Source of the DNA: Candidatus Helarchaeota archaeon
Lineage (GTDB): Archaea; Asgardarchaeota; Lokiarchaeia; Helarchaeales; RDOG01
Assembly: GCA_019058315.1 (NCBI GenBank)
Contig: JAHPZH010000007.1
Span: forward strand, 128,001 to 192,000
Reading direction: 5' to 3'
Length of the DNA: 64,000 nucleotides
In this document: one piece after another, positions 50,491 through 59,880 of the stretch
How positions within the stretch are numbered: position 1 is the first letter of the stretch
How the letters are laid out: every line of letters begins with the position of its first letter
Made by a program: the position numbers and the translations under genes
Notes under the pieces: generated by a model
Told to the model about the DNA's origin: nothing
The model's database searches: none
The model's input: the letters and a program-made list of their open reading frames with translations, nothing else

Positions 50491-51702
50491 TTGACTTATC
50501 GAAATAGAAGACATAGAATGTATTTAGAATTCGGAGGACCAAAAATTGCCAAAAAATTTGAACTTGCTCAAGTACGTGGAATGGATGAAATTGAAAATGG
50601 AAAAGTTTCAATAATTGGTTCAGATTTAAGAGATTTGGAACAAGGAAAATCGTATCCAATTGGAATTCTTATTGAAATTGCTGGAAAAGAAGTTAAAAAA
50701 GAGTTAGAACCGATTTTTGAGTGTAGAATTAAGGATTTCACAGATAGTATTGGTAATATGTTTTATGTATATCATCGATCAGATATTTGGTTTAGATTCT
50801 CAACATTTGTCTATGAAAGAGGATTCAACTCTCTCAAAGTGTGGGGTGAAATGTTGATTGCTTCTTATCAAAGGGAATACGAAAAAATTATTGAAAAAAT
50901 CCAAATAACTTTTTTTACTGAAGAGAATAAAGTTAATGAATGGCATGAAAAAGCCACTAAGATTTATTGTTCAAGAGATGACCAAGTAAAATCTCTTTCA
51001 GACGAGAGAGTTGATACTTTTTTTGGGTGTGCTTTGTGTAATTATATTGTTCCAAATCATTTTTGTATAATCACACCAGACAGTTGTGGTCTATGCGGTT
51101 CAATAAACTGGATTAATGCAAAAGCAAGTTTTGAGCTGGATCCAAAGGGTCCAATTTTCTTCATCAGAAAGGGACAAAGTATAGATACTATTAGTGGTGA
51201 ATGGAGCGGAATTAATGAGATCATTAAGGCAAGAACCCTGGGTCAAATTGAAAGAATTCATCTTTACACGATTCTAAGCCCATTTAACCATACTAGTTGT
51301 CATTGCTTAGAGGCAGTCGCCTTTTATATACCTGAGGTTGATGGGATAGGAATTTTAAATAGAAATTTTAAAGTGCCCGCTATTAATGGATTGCCATTTT
51401 CAACTATGTCAAGTGTAATTAGGAAAGGAGAACAAAGTTATGGTTTTGTTGGAACAGCAATAGGACAAATGCGCTCCCCAAAATTTTTACAAGCTGACGG
51501 TGGATGGGATAGAATTGTTTGGATAACTAATCATGTAAAAGATCGCATTAAAGATGATATATCGATTGAAATAGTTAATAAAATCGCAACTGAATCGGAT
51601 GTAACTAATTTAATGGAATTAAAAGATTTCCTTATATTAAATAATCATCCCATAGTTAAAAAATGGACAAAAGAAATATATAATTCTAATTTTGAGGAGT
51701 AA
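50491..51702 (+). CDS. cdhC: Acetyl-CoA decarbonylase/synthase beta subunit homolog (divergent, orphan)
   Basis: EFGGPK, CALC...C...LCG, HTSCHC.E, IPEVDGIG, GLPFS, SPKFLQADGGW.R.VW, HP. Confidence 0.85.
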   Translation: MTYRNRRHRMYLEFGGPKIAKKFELAQVRGMDEIENGKVSIIGSDLRDLEQGKSYPIGILIEIAGKEVKKELEPIFECRIKDFTDSIGNMFYVYHRSDIWFRFSTFVYERGFNSLKVWGEMLIASYQREYEKIIEKIQITFFTEENKVNEWHEKATKIYCSRDDQVKSLSDERVDTFFGCALCNYIVPNHFCIITPDSCGLCGSINWINAKASFELDPKGPIFFIRKGQSIDTISGEWSGINEIIKARTLGQIERIHLYTILSPFNHTSCHCLEAVAFYIPEVDGIGILNRNFKVPAINGLPFSTMSSVIRKGEQSYGFVGTAIGQMRSPKFLQADGGWDRIVWITNHVKDRIKDDISIEIVNKIATESDVTNLMELKDFLILNNHPIVKKWTKEIYNSNFEE

Positions 51703-51770
51703 ATGTTAACGGGATGGTTGTTCATAAGAAACTAGATACTTAAATTCGATAAATTGTTGAATTAATTATT

Positions 51771-52388
51771 GTGATTTTAGATGATGAATTGCTTGTTCCA
51801 CGTAAATTATATATAGATGCCGGAGTTCACTTTGGAACTGCCAAAAAAACTTCAAATATGGAACCATATATTTATAAAACTATTAATACGGGCAAAAACC
51901 AAATTAATCTTATTGATATTCGAAAAACAGCTGCCAGAATTCGAGTAGCAGCAAAGTTTATTTCTAGATACCACCCAAATAAAGTTCTAGTAACTTCAAA
52001 GCGAAGATATAGTCATCAAGCAATAAAAAAATTTTCAGAAATAATTGGTACAAAATATATAAAGGGGGAAATTAAACCGGGAACTTTAACAAATTATTCA
52101 TCTAAGCATTATATTGAAACGGATTTATTAATTATAATTGATCCTAAAAAAGATGTTGATGCGATAAATGAATCTTCTATTTCCAAAATACCAATAATAT
52201 GTCTGTCTAATACAGATAATAACTTCATAAATGTCGATTTGGTGATTCCGGCAAATAATAGAGGAAGAAAAGCATTAGCATTAATTTTTTGGATTTTAAC
52301 AAGGCAAGTTCTTTTGGAAAGTGGTGAAATAAAATTTTTTAGCGAATTTAATTTTCCAATTTCCGACTTCCTTTCCCCCTTACATTAA
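51771..52388 (+). CDS. rps2: 30S ribosomal protein uS2 homolog (divergent)
   Basis: LLVP...Y..AGVH.GT, M.PYIY, PGTLTN, DP..D..AI.E, PANNRGRKAL. Confidence 0.88.
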   Translation: MILDDELLVPRKLYIDAGVHFGTAKKTSNMEPYIYKTINTGKNQINLIDIRKTAARIRVAAKFISRYHPNKVLVTSKRRYSHQAIKKFSEIIGTKYIKGEIKPGTLTNYSSKHYIETDLLIIIDPKKDVDAINESSISKIPIICLSNTDNNFINVDLVIPANNRGRKALALIFWILTRQVLLESGEIKFFSEFNFPISDFLSPLH

Positions 52389-52472
52389 ATTTTATAAATA
52401 TAGTTCATATTAAGTAGAAAATCTAAATATTTGAATTAAAAAATGATTAAAGGAATATAAAAAAGGGATTTT

Positions 52473-52886
52473 ATGGTCAAGTCAAAGAAAAATCTAGATA
52501 TTTATGGTCTCATCGTAATAGATCGTTCAGAAATGACAATAGCCACATTATCTGGTGGTAAAAAAAATATTATAAAGATAATGAGTGCAGCCAAACCATT
52601 TAAACGATTGGAGCGTTGCGAAATACAGAAAAATTATAGACCCCTTATTGAACAAGCTACACAGGAGTTCTTCATTCGTGCAGGAGAACACATTAACAAT
52701 CAATTTTTAAGTCTACAATTAAAAGGGATAATTATAGGGGGAGGTGGACCAACTAAAAAATATTTCGTAAAAGGTGATTATTTAGATAATCGTTTAAAGG
52801 AAAAAATAATTGCTATAATCGATATTGGTTATTCTGGTGAGCAAGGTATTGACGATTTAATTAAAAAAGCCAAATTAATATTATAA
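52473..52886 (+). CDS. Stand-alone aRF1/eRF1 middle (M) domain lacking GGQ
   Basis: YGLIVIDR.E.TIA.L.G, LIEQ...EFF.R.GE..N..F, GIIIGG.GPTK..F..GDYL..RL...I...D..YSGEQG...L. Confidence 0.8.
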   Translation: MVKSKKNLDIYGLIVIDRSEMTIATLSGGKKNIIKIMSAAKPFKRLERCEIQKNYRPLIEQATQEFFIRAGEHINNQFLSLQLKGIIIGGGGPTKKYFVKGDYLDNRLKEKIIAIIDIGYSGEQGIDDLIKKAKLIL

Positions 52887-53224
52887 AATGGCGATAATTA
52901 TAAATAAAGGAAGTAAATGTAAACTAGTGCGGTACTAGTCTAATAAATTTAAAAATTAATTACATTTTTTATGAGATTTTTTCTTCTATTTATTCTAAAA
53001 TATTTCAATTTCGAAAATTCGCATTTCTTGTATAAATGCTTATTAAATTCCTTAAAAAATTGTGGGGTTTTTATTATTTTTTAAAAATTCACTATTGTTT
53101 TGAATGGAAAAAGAGTTAGATTAATTAAAAAAATATCAATTTAATTAGATAAATTTATCAAAAAAAGTTTAAATAATAGAAAAACCCATTATGATTATCA
53201 AATTCAATTTAATTTTTAAAAGGT

Positions 53225-53395
53225 ATGGGATGTCTTGCGATGAATATTAGAACTTTTCCAAGATATTGGTATCATAGAAAGATTTTGAAAGCTCCAGTCG
53301 AGAAATCAGATGATATGGATCCCAAAATACAAGATATTAATCCCAAAATAGGAAAAGCTGACCCTGGCCCTACTAAAAAATCCAAATTAATCTAA
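53225..53395 (+). CDS. Possible small protein (51-56 aa; start 53225 or 53240)
   Basis: Hand translation MGCLAMNIRTFPRYWYHRKILKAPVEKSDDMDPKIQDINPKIGKADPGPTKKSKLI; higher-GC patch inside an AT-rich gap. Confidence 0.35.
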   Translation: MGCLAMNIRTFPRYWYHRKILKAPVEKSDDMDPKIQDINPKIGKADPGPTKKSKLI

Positions 53396-53603
53396 AAACA
53401 ATTGAAATAATCCAAATTCATATTTAATTATATTTTTTTTAATTAATTATTTGTTATTTTAAATAAACGAATTATACTATTTCTAAAATTTTTATAAATA
53501 CCATAAATAAGAAAAAATTCTATTCTGAAATTTAAATTGAGATTATTTATTCTTTGGACTCAAAAAATTTATTTTATAACTGAATAAATAAAAATAGATT
53601 AAA

Positions 53604-54542
53604 TTGACTAAAACTTCTGAGATTTCATTTAATGATAGGGACATAATTTCAATCAAAGATTTAACTCGCGATGAAATTGAATACATTTTAGACATTGCAC
53701 TTAAAATGAAGAAATATCATGATGACCCTACTGATCTTTTAAAGGGAAAAATTCTCGCAACTCTTTTTTATGAGCCCAGTACTCGAACCCGTTTGAGTTT
53801 TACAAGTGCAATGTTAAAATTAGGAGGGGAAGTAATGGGGTTCAGCGATCCAAAGGCTTCATCTGCTGCAAAAGGTGAAAACTTATCTGATTCTATTCTT
53901 TGTATTGAAAGTTATTGTGATATTATAGTTATTCGTCATAAATTAGAAGGGAGTGCCAGATTAGCAGCTGAAGTTTCTAAAAATCCTATTATTAATGCTG
54001 GAAGTGGGACTCAGGAACATCCTACTCAAGCTTTATTAGATTTATTGACTATCAGGAACGAATTTAAATCATTAGATGGTCTAAAAATTGGAATGGTTGG
54101 GGATCTAAAATATGGTAGAACAGTAAAATCCCTCTCCTATGCACTTTCATTATATGATGTTGAATTATCATTCATCTCTCCTTCCATGTTAAGCATGAGA
54201 AAAGAAGTATTAAAGGATCTTGATGATGCTGGAATAAAATATGAAGAATTTTCTGATTTAAGTTCAGTTCTTCCCTCATTAGATGTGATTTACGCTACCC
54301 GTATACAAAAAGAACGTTTCCCCGATCCTGCGGATTATGAAAAAGTTCGAGGATCTTATAAAATAAACAAAGAGTTTTTAAATAATGCAAAAGATTCAAT
54401 GATTTTAATGCATCCTTTACCCAGAGTCGATGAAATAGCATTTGATGTTGATAAACTCCCTTGTTCTAGATATTTTATTCAACCGCTTAATGGTGTTTTA
54501 ATTAGGATGGCATTACTTGGGTTAGTATTAGGAAAAATATAA
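53604..54542 (+). CDS. pyrB: Aspartate carbamoyltransferase catalytic subunit
   Basis: FYEPSTRT, HPTQ, GDLKYGRT, RIQKER, HPLPR. Confidence 0.98.
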   Translation: MTKTSEISFNDRDIISIKDLTRDEIEYILDIALKMKKYHDDPTDLLKGKILATLFYEPSTRTRLSFTSAMLKLGGEVMGFSDPKASSAAKGENLSDSILCIESYCDIIVIRHKLEGSARLAAEVSKNPIINAGSGTQEHPTQALLDLLTIRNEFKSLDGLKIGMVGDLKYGRTVKSLSYALSLYDVELSFISPSMLSMRKEVLKDLDDAGIKYEEFSDLSSVLPSLDVIYATRIQKERFPDPADYEKVRGSYKINKEFLNNAKDSMILMHPLPRVDEIAFDVDKLPCSRYFIQPLNGVLIRMALLGLVLGKI

Positions 54543-54543
54543 A

Positions 54544-55023
54544 GTGAAAAAAATGGTAGAGAAAGAGCTTAGAGTTAGAAAAATCAAGCAAGGCACAGTT
54601 ATAGATCATATAAGCCCTGGAACTGCGTTAAGGGTTTTATCTATTCTTGGAATTATGGGAAAGGAGGGTCATATACTTTCCATTGCTATAAACGTTCCAA
54701 CGGGTAAAAATCAGAGTAACAGAAAAGATATTGTAAAAATTGAAAATAAAGAATTAGAGATTACCGATATTAATAAAATAGCTTTAATAAGTCCTCATGC
54801 TACAATAAATATAATTAGAGACTACAAAGTCGTTAGCAAAGAAAAAGTAAAACTTCCATCAGAACTTAAAGATATTATTAAATGCATTAATCCTAACTGC
54901 ATCACAAATAGTAGAGAACCGATAAAATCGCATTTTACAGTCGAAAATAAAGAACCAATATTATTAAGATGTAATTATTGTAATATTATTATGGATTTAA
55001 AGGATATTTTAAAAAATATATAA
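54544..55023 (+). CDS. pyrI: Aspartate carbamoyltransferase regulatory subunit
   Basis: GTVIDHI, KDIVKIE, CINPNC...CNYC. Confidence 0.97.
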   Translation: MKKMVEKELRVRKIKQGTVIDHISPGTALRVLSILGIMGKEGHILSIAINVPTGKNQSNRKDIVKIENKELEITDINKIALISPHATINIIRDYKVVSKEKVKLPSELKDIIKCINPNCITNSREPIKSHFTVENKEPILLRCNYCNIIMDLKDILKNI

Positions 55024-55050
55024 TATTTAAATAAAAGAGGTTGAAAACCT

Positions 55051-56022
55051 TTGAGTTTTTGGAAAGGAAAACACGTATCTGTAACCGGAGGCGATGGTTT
55101 TTTAGGCCGCCATCTAATTAGGATGCTAAAAGAAAAGGGAGCAATTCCATATGTAGTTAAAATTGAAGACTATGATTTGACAAAATATGAAGATTGTGAT
55201 CGTTTAGTCTCCCAAAAACCTAAAGCTGATATAATAATTCATCTTGCTGCAGTTGTAGGAGGTATTGGGATTAATAAGGATAATCCAGGGAAATTTTTCT
55301 ATGATAACTTAATGATGGGGGTCCAATTAGTAGAAACGTCTCGTTTAGCTGAGATCCCTAAAGTTGTATTAATTGGGACAATCTGTGCATATCCTAAATT
55401 TACAAATGTTCCTTTTAAAGAGGAAGATATATGGGATGGATATCCAGAAGAAACCAATGCTCCGTATGGACTTGCAAAAAAGATGTTGCTTGTTCAGAGT
55501 CAAGCATATAGGCAACAATATGGATTTAATTCAATATATCTATTGCCAGTCAACATGTATGGACCTGGTGATAACTTCGACTTATATAGCTCACATGTCA
55601 TACCAGCTCTTATTAGAAAATGCGTAGAAGCAGTTCAAAATAATAAAGATTATATCGAGGTTTGGGGAACAGGTAAAGCATCACGTGAATTTTTATATGT
55701 AGAAGATGCTGCCCGGGGAATTATGTTAGCCGCTGAGAATTATAATTCCAGTGAACCAGTAAATTTAGGAGCTGGTTTTGAAATTACCATAAAGGAACTT
55801 GTTCATAAAATTGCAAAATTAACTGGGTTTAAGGGAGAAATCCGTTGGGATTCTTCAAAACCAGATGGACAACCTAGACGAAGTTTGGACGTTTCAAGAG
55901 CAAAAAAAGCCTTTGGATATCAGGCGAAGGTAAATTTTGATGAAGGTCTAAAAAATACTATTGATTGGTTTAAAGAAAATCAAGATGTAATCTATCAAAA
56001 AGAAAAAAAGATGAGAAGTTAA
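55051..56022 (+). CDS. fcl: GDP-L-fucose synthase-like NAD(P)-dependent epimerase/reductase
   Basis: GG.GFLG, AAVVGGI..N, CAYPK, YGLAK, SHVIPAL, WGTG...REF, KPDG. Confidence 0.9.
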   Translation: MSFWKGKHVSVTGGDGFLGRHLIRMLKEKGAIPYVVKIEDYDLTKYEDCDRLVSQKPKADIIIHLAAVVGGIGINKDNPGKFFYDNLMMGVQLVETSRLAEIPKVVLIGTICAYPKFTNVPFKEEDIWDGYPEETNAPYGLAKKMLLVQSQAYRQQYGFNSIYLLPVNMYGPGDNFDLYSSHVIPALIRKCVEAVQNNKDYIEVWGTGKASREFLYVEDAARGIMLAAENYNSSEPVNLGAGFEITIKELVHKIAKLTGFKGEIRWDSSKPDGQPRRSLDVSRAKKAFGYQAKVNFDEGLKNTIDWFKENQDVIYQKEKKMRS

Positions 56023-56053
56023 AAAACTAAATTTTAAAATTTTAATTATTAAA

Positions 56054-56992
56054 ATGCAATGTAGGGGTATAAATATCGATCCAAATATTATGAAAGAGGT
56101 CTTGAAACAAATTAATAAAGACAGAATCTCGTCTGAATTAATTTATAATATAATTAGAGATAAAGGATGGGATTTTAAAAGGAAAGAATTATATTTAATT
56201 TCAAAATTAAGAATAGAGTTTGAGGATCCAGAATTTTGGTATTATTTGGGTCTATTTTTCTTTGAAAATTATGAATTGGATAAAAGCCAAGATATATTTT
56301 TAGAAAATGCGTTATATTGCTTTAATAAACCATTTGAAAACAATAAAAATAAAGGTAAAACCATTTTATGTGATGCTTTTGATAATCCAAAAGATATTTT
56401 TTCCTTATCATATTCAGAATATATTGAATTTTTGAACGAATCTCTTGATCATTTGATTGTGATTTATAATAAACCATGCTTTTACGAAGGTTTTTCTTTA
56501 CTTGAGGTTATTCCAAAGAAACCAGAAATAGTCGAGAGGTTTGAGGTTATTATTACAGCTGAATATAATGAACTTATTCAAGATAAAGAAAAAATATTTG
56601 GTGAACGATTACGTCAAATTCAATTTGAAAATAAATTATATGGGATTTTAAAAATATATAAAAAAATACGGCTCTCTGAACTGGCAAAAAAATTAGATTG
56701 TGAACAATCCTATTTAGAAGAAACTTTAGAAAAACTTGTTTTAGAAGAAAAAATTAATGGAACCATAAGAAATCAGTTTTTAACAATTACTAAATTACCT
56801 GAAGATCAAGAAATAATACCTATTATTACAATTAAAGAAGGTCAATGTGCTATATGCAGGGAGGAAATCAAAGAAGAATCATTAACTTGCTCAAATTGCT
56901 CTTCAAAATTCCATAAAAGCTGTTTTTCAAAATGGATTGAAAAAAGCGAATTATGTCCAGTTTGTCAAAAAGAACTTGAAATATTTGAATAA
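56054..56992 (+). CDS. Helical/TPR-like + PCI-like winged helix + RING finger protein
   Basis: IYKKIRLSELAKKL...LE..L..LVLEEKINGTI (PCI-like); CAIC...CSNC...FHKSC..KW......CPVC. Confidence 0.78.
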   Translation: MQCRGINIDPNIMKEVLKQINKDRISSELIYNIIRDKGWDFKRKELYLISKLRIEFEDPEFWYYLGLFFFENYELDKSQDIFLENALYCFNKPFENNKNKGKTILCDAFDNPKDIFSLSYSEYIEFLNESLDHLIVIYNKPCFYEGFSLLEVIPKKPEIVERFEVIITAEYNELIQDKEKIFGERLRQIQFENKLYGILKIYKKIRLSELAKKLDCEQSYLEETLEKLVLEEKINGTIRNQFLTITKLPEDQEIIPIITIKEGQCAICREEIKEESLTCSNCSSKFHKSCFSKWIEKSELCPVCQKELEIFE

Positions 56993-57051
56993 TAATAAAT
57001 AAATCATATATTTTTTATTAGAAAATTAATTTAAAATAAGTTGGGAATGAT

Positions 57052-57792
57052 ATGAGCCATGATTATTGGTTAAGAAAAGGTTTAAACGAGAGTACGAGAG
57101 AAAGGAAAATTAAATGCTTTGAAAATGCAATTCGCAAATACTCAACTCACGAAATCTTTGCATTTGATGAGTTGGGTCATTGGATTGCTGGATATTTGAA
57201 ACTTAACAACATAAATAGTTTTCTGACTTATAGATTTTTTGGAAGTGTCCATGATAGACTTGGAAATACAAGAAAAGCCATCGAATATTATAAAAAAGCA
57301 ATAGATATCGACCCTAATGATGAGTTTATCTGGCATAGAATCGCGGAAAACTATAGAAACTTGTTAAATTACGAAAAAATAATAGAATGTTATGAAAATT
57401 CAATAAAAATTGATCCAAATATAAAATTTAAATGGATTAATTTAGGAGAAGCTTATTTCAATTTAAATAAATATAAGAAAGCAATTGAATGTTATCAAAA
57501 AGCTTTAGCTATAGAAGAACATCATCTCGAACAAATTGATTTAATTAATGCATGGGAAGGTTTAGGAAATGCACATAAAGAGTTAAAAAATTATGAAAAA
57601 GCTATAAAATGTTATGAAAAAGTAATAAAACTAGATTACAATTATGATTTGGCTTGGGAAAATATGGGATTGATTTATGAGGAATTAAAAAATTATCCAA
57701 AAGCAATTGAATGTTATAAAAATGCATTAAAAATTAACAAATTTAATGAAATTGCTCAAGAACGATTAGAAAAGTGTGAGTCAAAGGAGTGA
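57052..57792 (+). CDS. Tetratricopeptide repeat protein
   Basis: About 5 repeats W..LG..Y..L..Y.KAI.CY.KA. Confidence 0.92.
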   Translation: MSHDYWLRKGLNESTRERKIKCFENAIRKYSTHEIFAFDELGHWIAGYLKLNNINSFLTYRFFGSVHDRLGNTRKAIEYYKKAIDIDPNDEFIWHRIAENYRNLLNYEKIIECYENSIKIDPNIKFKWINLGEAYFNLNKYKKAIECYQKALAIEEHHLEQIDLINAWEGLGNAHKELKNYEKAIKCYEKVIKLDYNYDLAWENMGLIYEELKNYPKAIECYKNALKINKFNEIAQERLEKCESKE

Positions 57793-57799
57793 ATAAAAT

Positions 57800-59812
57800 A
57801 TTTCTAATATACAAGAACCAGATGTAGAAAAATTAGGTCTCTCCAAAGATATTGATGGTTTAATTAAAGCTTTAGAATATCCAAAATGGTATATTAGAAA
57901 AGATGCTGCAAAATGGCTTGGAAAATTAAAGGAATTAAAAACAGCAAAATTATTAATACAACTACTCAAGGACGAAGATTGTTATGTACGAGAGAATGCA
58001 GAGGATTCTCTTATAAGTATGGGTAGTGATGTGGTTGAACTCCTCATCCCTTATCTTAAAGACAAAAATAATAGTATTAAGGGAAATGTAGCAAGTATTC
58101 TTGGTCGTATTGGAGATAAGAGAGCAATTAAACCCCTTATGCCGCTTTTAAATGATGATGACGAAATTGTTCAAATCCGAGTATCTTATGCTCTTAAGAA
58201 TCTTGACTGGAAACCTACCGATAAACAATTAGAAATGAGTTACGAATTTGCTAAAGGTGATTGGAAAGATCCTCATACAATGGACAAAGGTCTACAAAAA
58301 ATTGAAGAAATAATAAACTCTCCTGATTTATTACCAAAACCACCTATAAAACCACCAATCAAACCAGTTCCTAAATCAAAACCTCCTATTCCATCTTTAA
58401 AAGGAAAACCATTAGAAATTATTCTTCCATATTTAAATGATAATGATGAAAATATCCGTATTGAAGCAATAAAAGCTCTTAAACATGTAAAAGACGATAA
58501 AAAAGTGAATCTTCTCATCCATTCTTTCGAAGATAAAGATGAAGATGTCAGATATGAGGCAGTTAAATCTTTAAGTAAGATAAAAAATCTTAAAGCGGTA
58601 GATTCTATAGCTCAACTTTTATGGGACGATTCCTATTTAGTTCAAAAAAAGGCATTAGAAGTCTTAAGAAAAATTGGAAATGCAAACGCGGTAGATCCTC
58701 TGATTAAAGCTCTAAAAGATAAAGTCATTTATACTGAAGCTTTTGAAACTATTGAAAAAATTGGAAAATCTGCTATTACACCTCTTATCAAATTCCTTAG
58801 GGATGAAGATTATTGGATTCGAAAAAACACAGCAGAAACTCTTAATAAACTTGGATGGAAAGCAAAGAATGAAACCGAAAAAGCTTATTATTTAATTGCA
58901 ATTGATGACTCTAAAGGGTGGGAAGAGATAGTAAAATTAGGAGATTTTGCCCTAGAACCCCTCATTAAATCATTAAGTTATAAAAAGTTTCCTAGATTTG
59001 GAGATATTATTTTTCCGGATGATAGAGCAATTGCCCTTTCTGAATTAGGAGAGATAGCATTAGAGCCTCTTATAAAGGCACTAAAGGAAGGAGATTCTAA
59101 TACAAGATGGGGTGCAGCTGAGGCTTTAACGTTTATAGGAGATGTAAGGGCTCTAGAACCCCTTGCCCAAGCTTTAAATGATGAAAATTCAGATGTGAGA
59201 CATAGCGCAATTAGTGCTTTTAGTCATTATTCAGATAAAGAAGTAATAGATGTTTATATAAAGTATAATATGTTAAAGCATAAAGATATTCGAGTCAGAT
59301 TTAGTGCAATGAGAGATATAGGTTGGAGAGAAGATTATCGATTAGTGGAACCTCTACTCCAAGCATTAAAAGAAGATAACTATAGAATTATTGATTCAGC
59401 AGTTCATTCTTTATCAAAGTTAAAAGAAAAAAGAGCAGTAGAACCTCTTATAAAATTACTTAAACATAAAGACTCGATGATTATAAGAACAGCAGCTGAA
59501 GGTCTTGGAGATATAGGAGATGTAAGAGCAGTAGAACCTCTCATAGGGATGCTTAATAATGAAGATTGGCAAATTTTAAGAGAAATAATCAATGCGCTTG
59601 GTAAAATAAGAGATAAAAAAGCAGTAGAGCCCCTTATCCAACTCTTAAATGATAAGGATAAATTTATTAGATTGGAAGCTGTAGAAGCTCTTACAAATAT
59701 TGGTGACTTTACAGCAATTGATCCGATTTATGAGACCATACAAAAAGAAAAAGTTAATTATATAGCAGAAGCTATGCAAAAAGCCTTGGAAGAGTTAAGA
59801 AAAAAAATTTAA
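57800..59812 (+). CDS. HEAT (PBS-lyase-like) repeat protein; start extended to ATT at 57800
   Basis: In-frame upstream of ATG 58019: ISNIQEPDVEKLGLSKDIDGLIKALEYPKWYIRKDAAKWLG...; many AVEPLI..L.D repeats; Pro-rich linker. Confidence 0.88.
   Translation: MSNIQEPDVEKLGLSKDIDGLIKALEYPKWYIRKDAAKWLGKLKELKTAKLLIQLLKDEDCYVRENAEDSLISMGSDVVELLIPYLKDKNNSIKGNVASILGRIGDKRAIKPLMPLLNDDDEIVQIRVSYALKNLDWKPTDKQLEMSYEFAKGDWKDPHTMDKGLQKIEEIINSPDLLPKPPIKPPIKPVPKSKPPIPSLKGKPLEIILPYLNDNDENIRIEAIKALKHVKDDKKVNLLIHSFEDKDEDVRYEAVKSLSKIKNLKAVDSIAQLLWDDSYLVQKKALEVLRKIGNANAVDPLIKALKDKVIYTEAFETIEKIGKSAITPLIKFLRDEDYWIRKNTAETLNKLGWKAKNETEKAYYLIAIDDSKGWEEIVKLGDFALEPLIKSLSYKKFPRFGDIIFPDDRAIALSELGEIALEPLIKALKEGDSNTRWGAAEALTFIGDVRALEPLAQALNDENSDVRHSAISAFSHYSDKEVIDVYIKYNMLKHKDIRVRFSAMRDIGWREDYRLVEPLLQALKEDNYRIIDSAVHSLSKLKEKRAVEPLIKLLKHKDSMIIRTAAEGLGDIGDVRAVEPLIGMLNNEDWQILREIINALGKIRDKKAVEPLIQLLNDKDKFIRLEAVEALTNIGDFTAIDPIYETIQKEKVNYIAEAMQKALEELRKKI
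58335..58392 (+). repeat. Short imperfect 12-bp tandem repeat encoding a KPPI/KPVP Pro-rich linker
   Basis: aaaaccacctat aaaaccaccaat caaaccagttcc ... aaaacctcctat. Confidence 0.6.
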
Positions 59813-59880
59813 TTCAATATTTTATTTTAGATTTTTTTGAACACAAACAAAATAAAAGAAAAAAAATTAGGAATATTCTG

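Noticed and set aside
57781-57969. 62 aa minus-strand ORF
   Set aside because: Antisense to the extended N-terminus of the HEAT gene.
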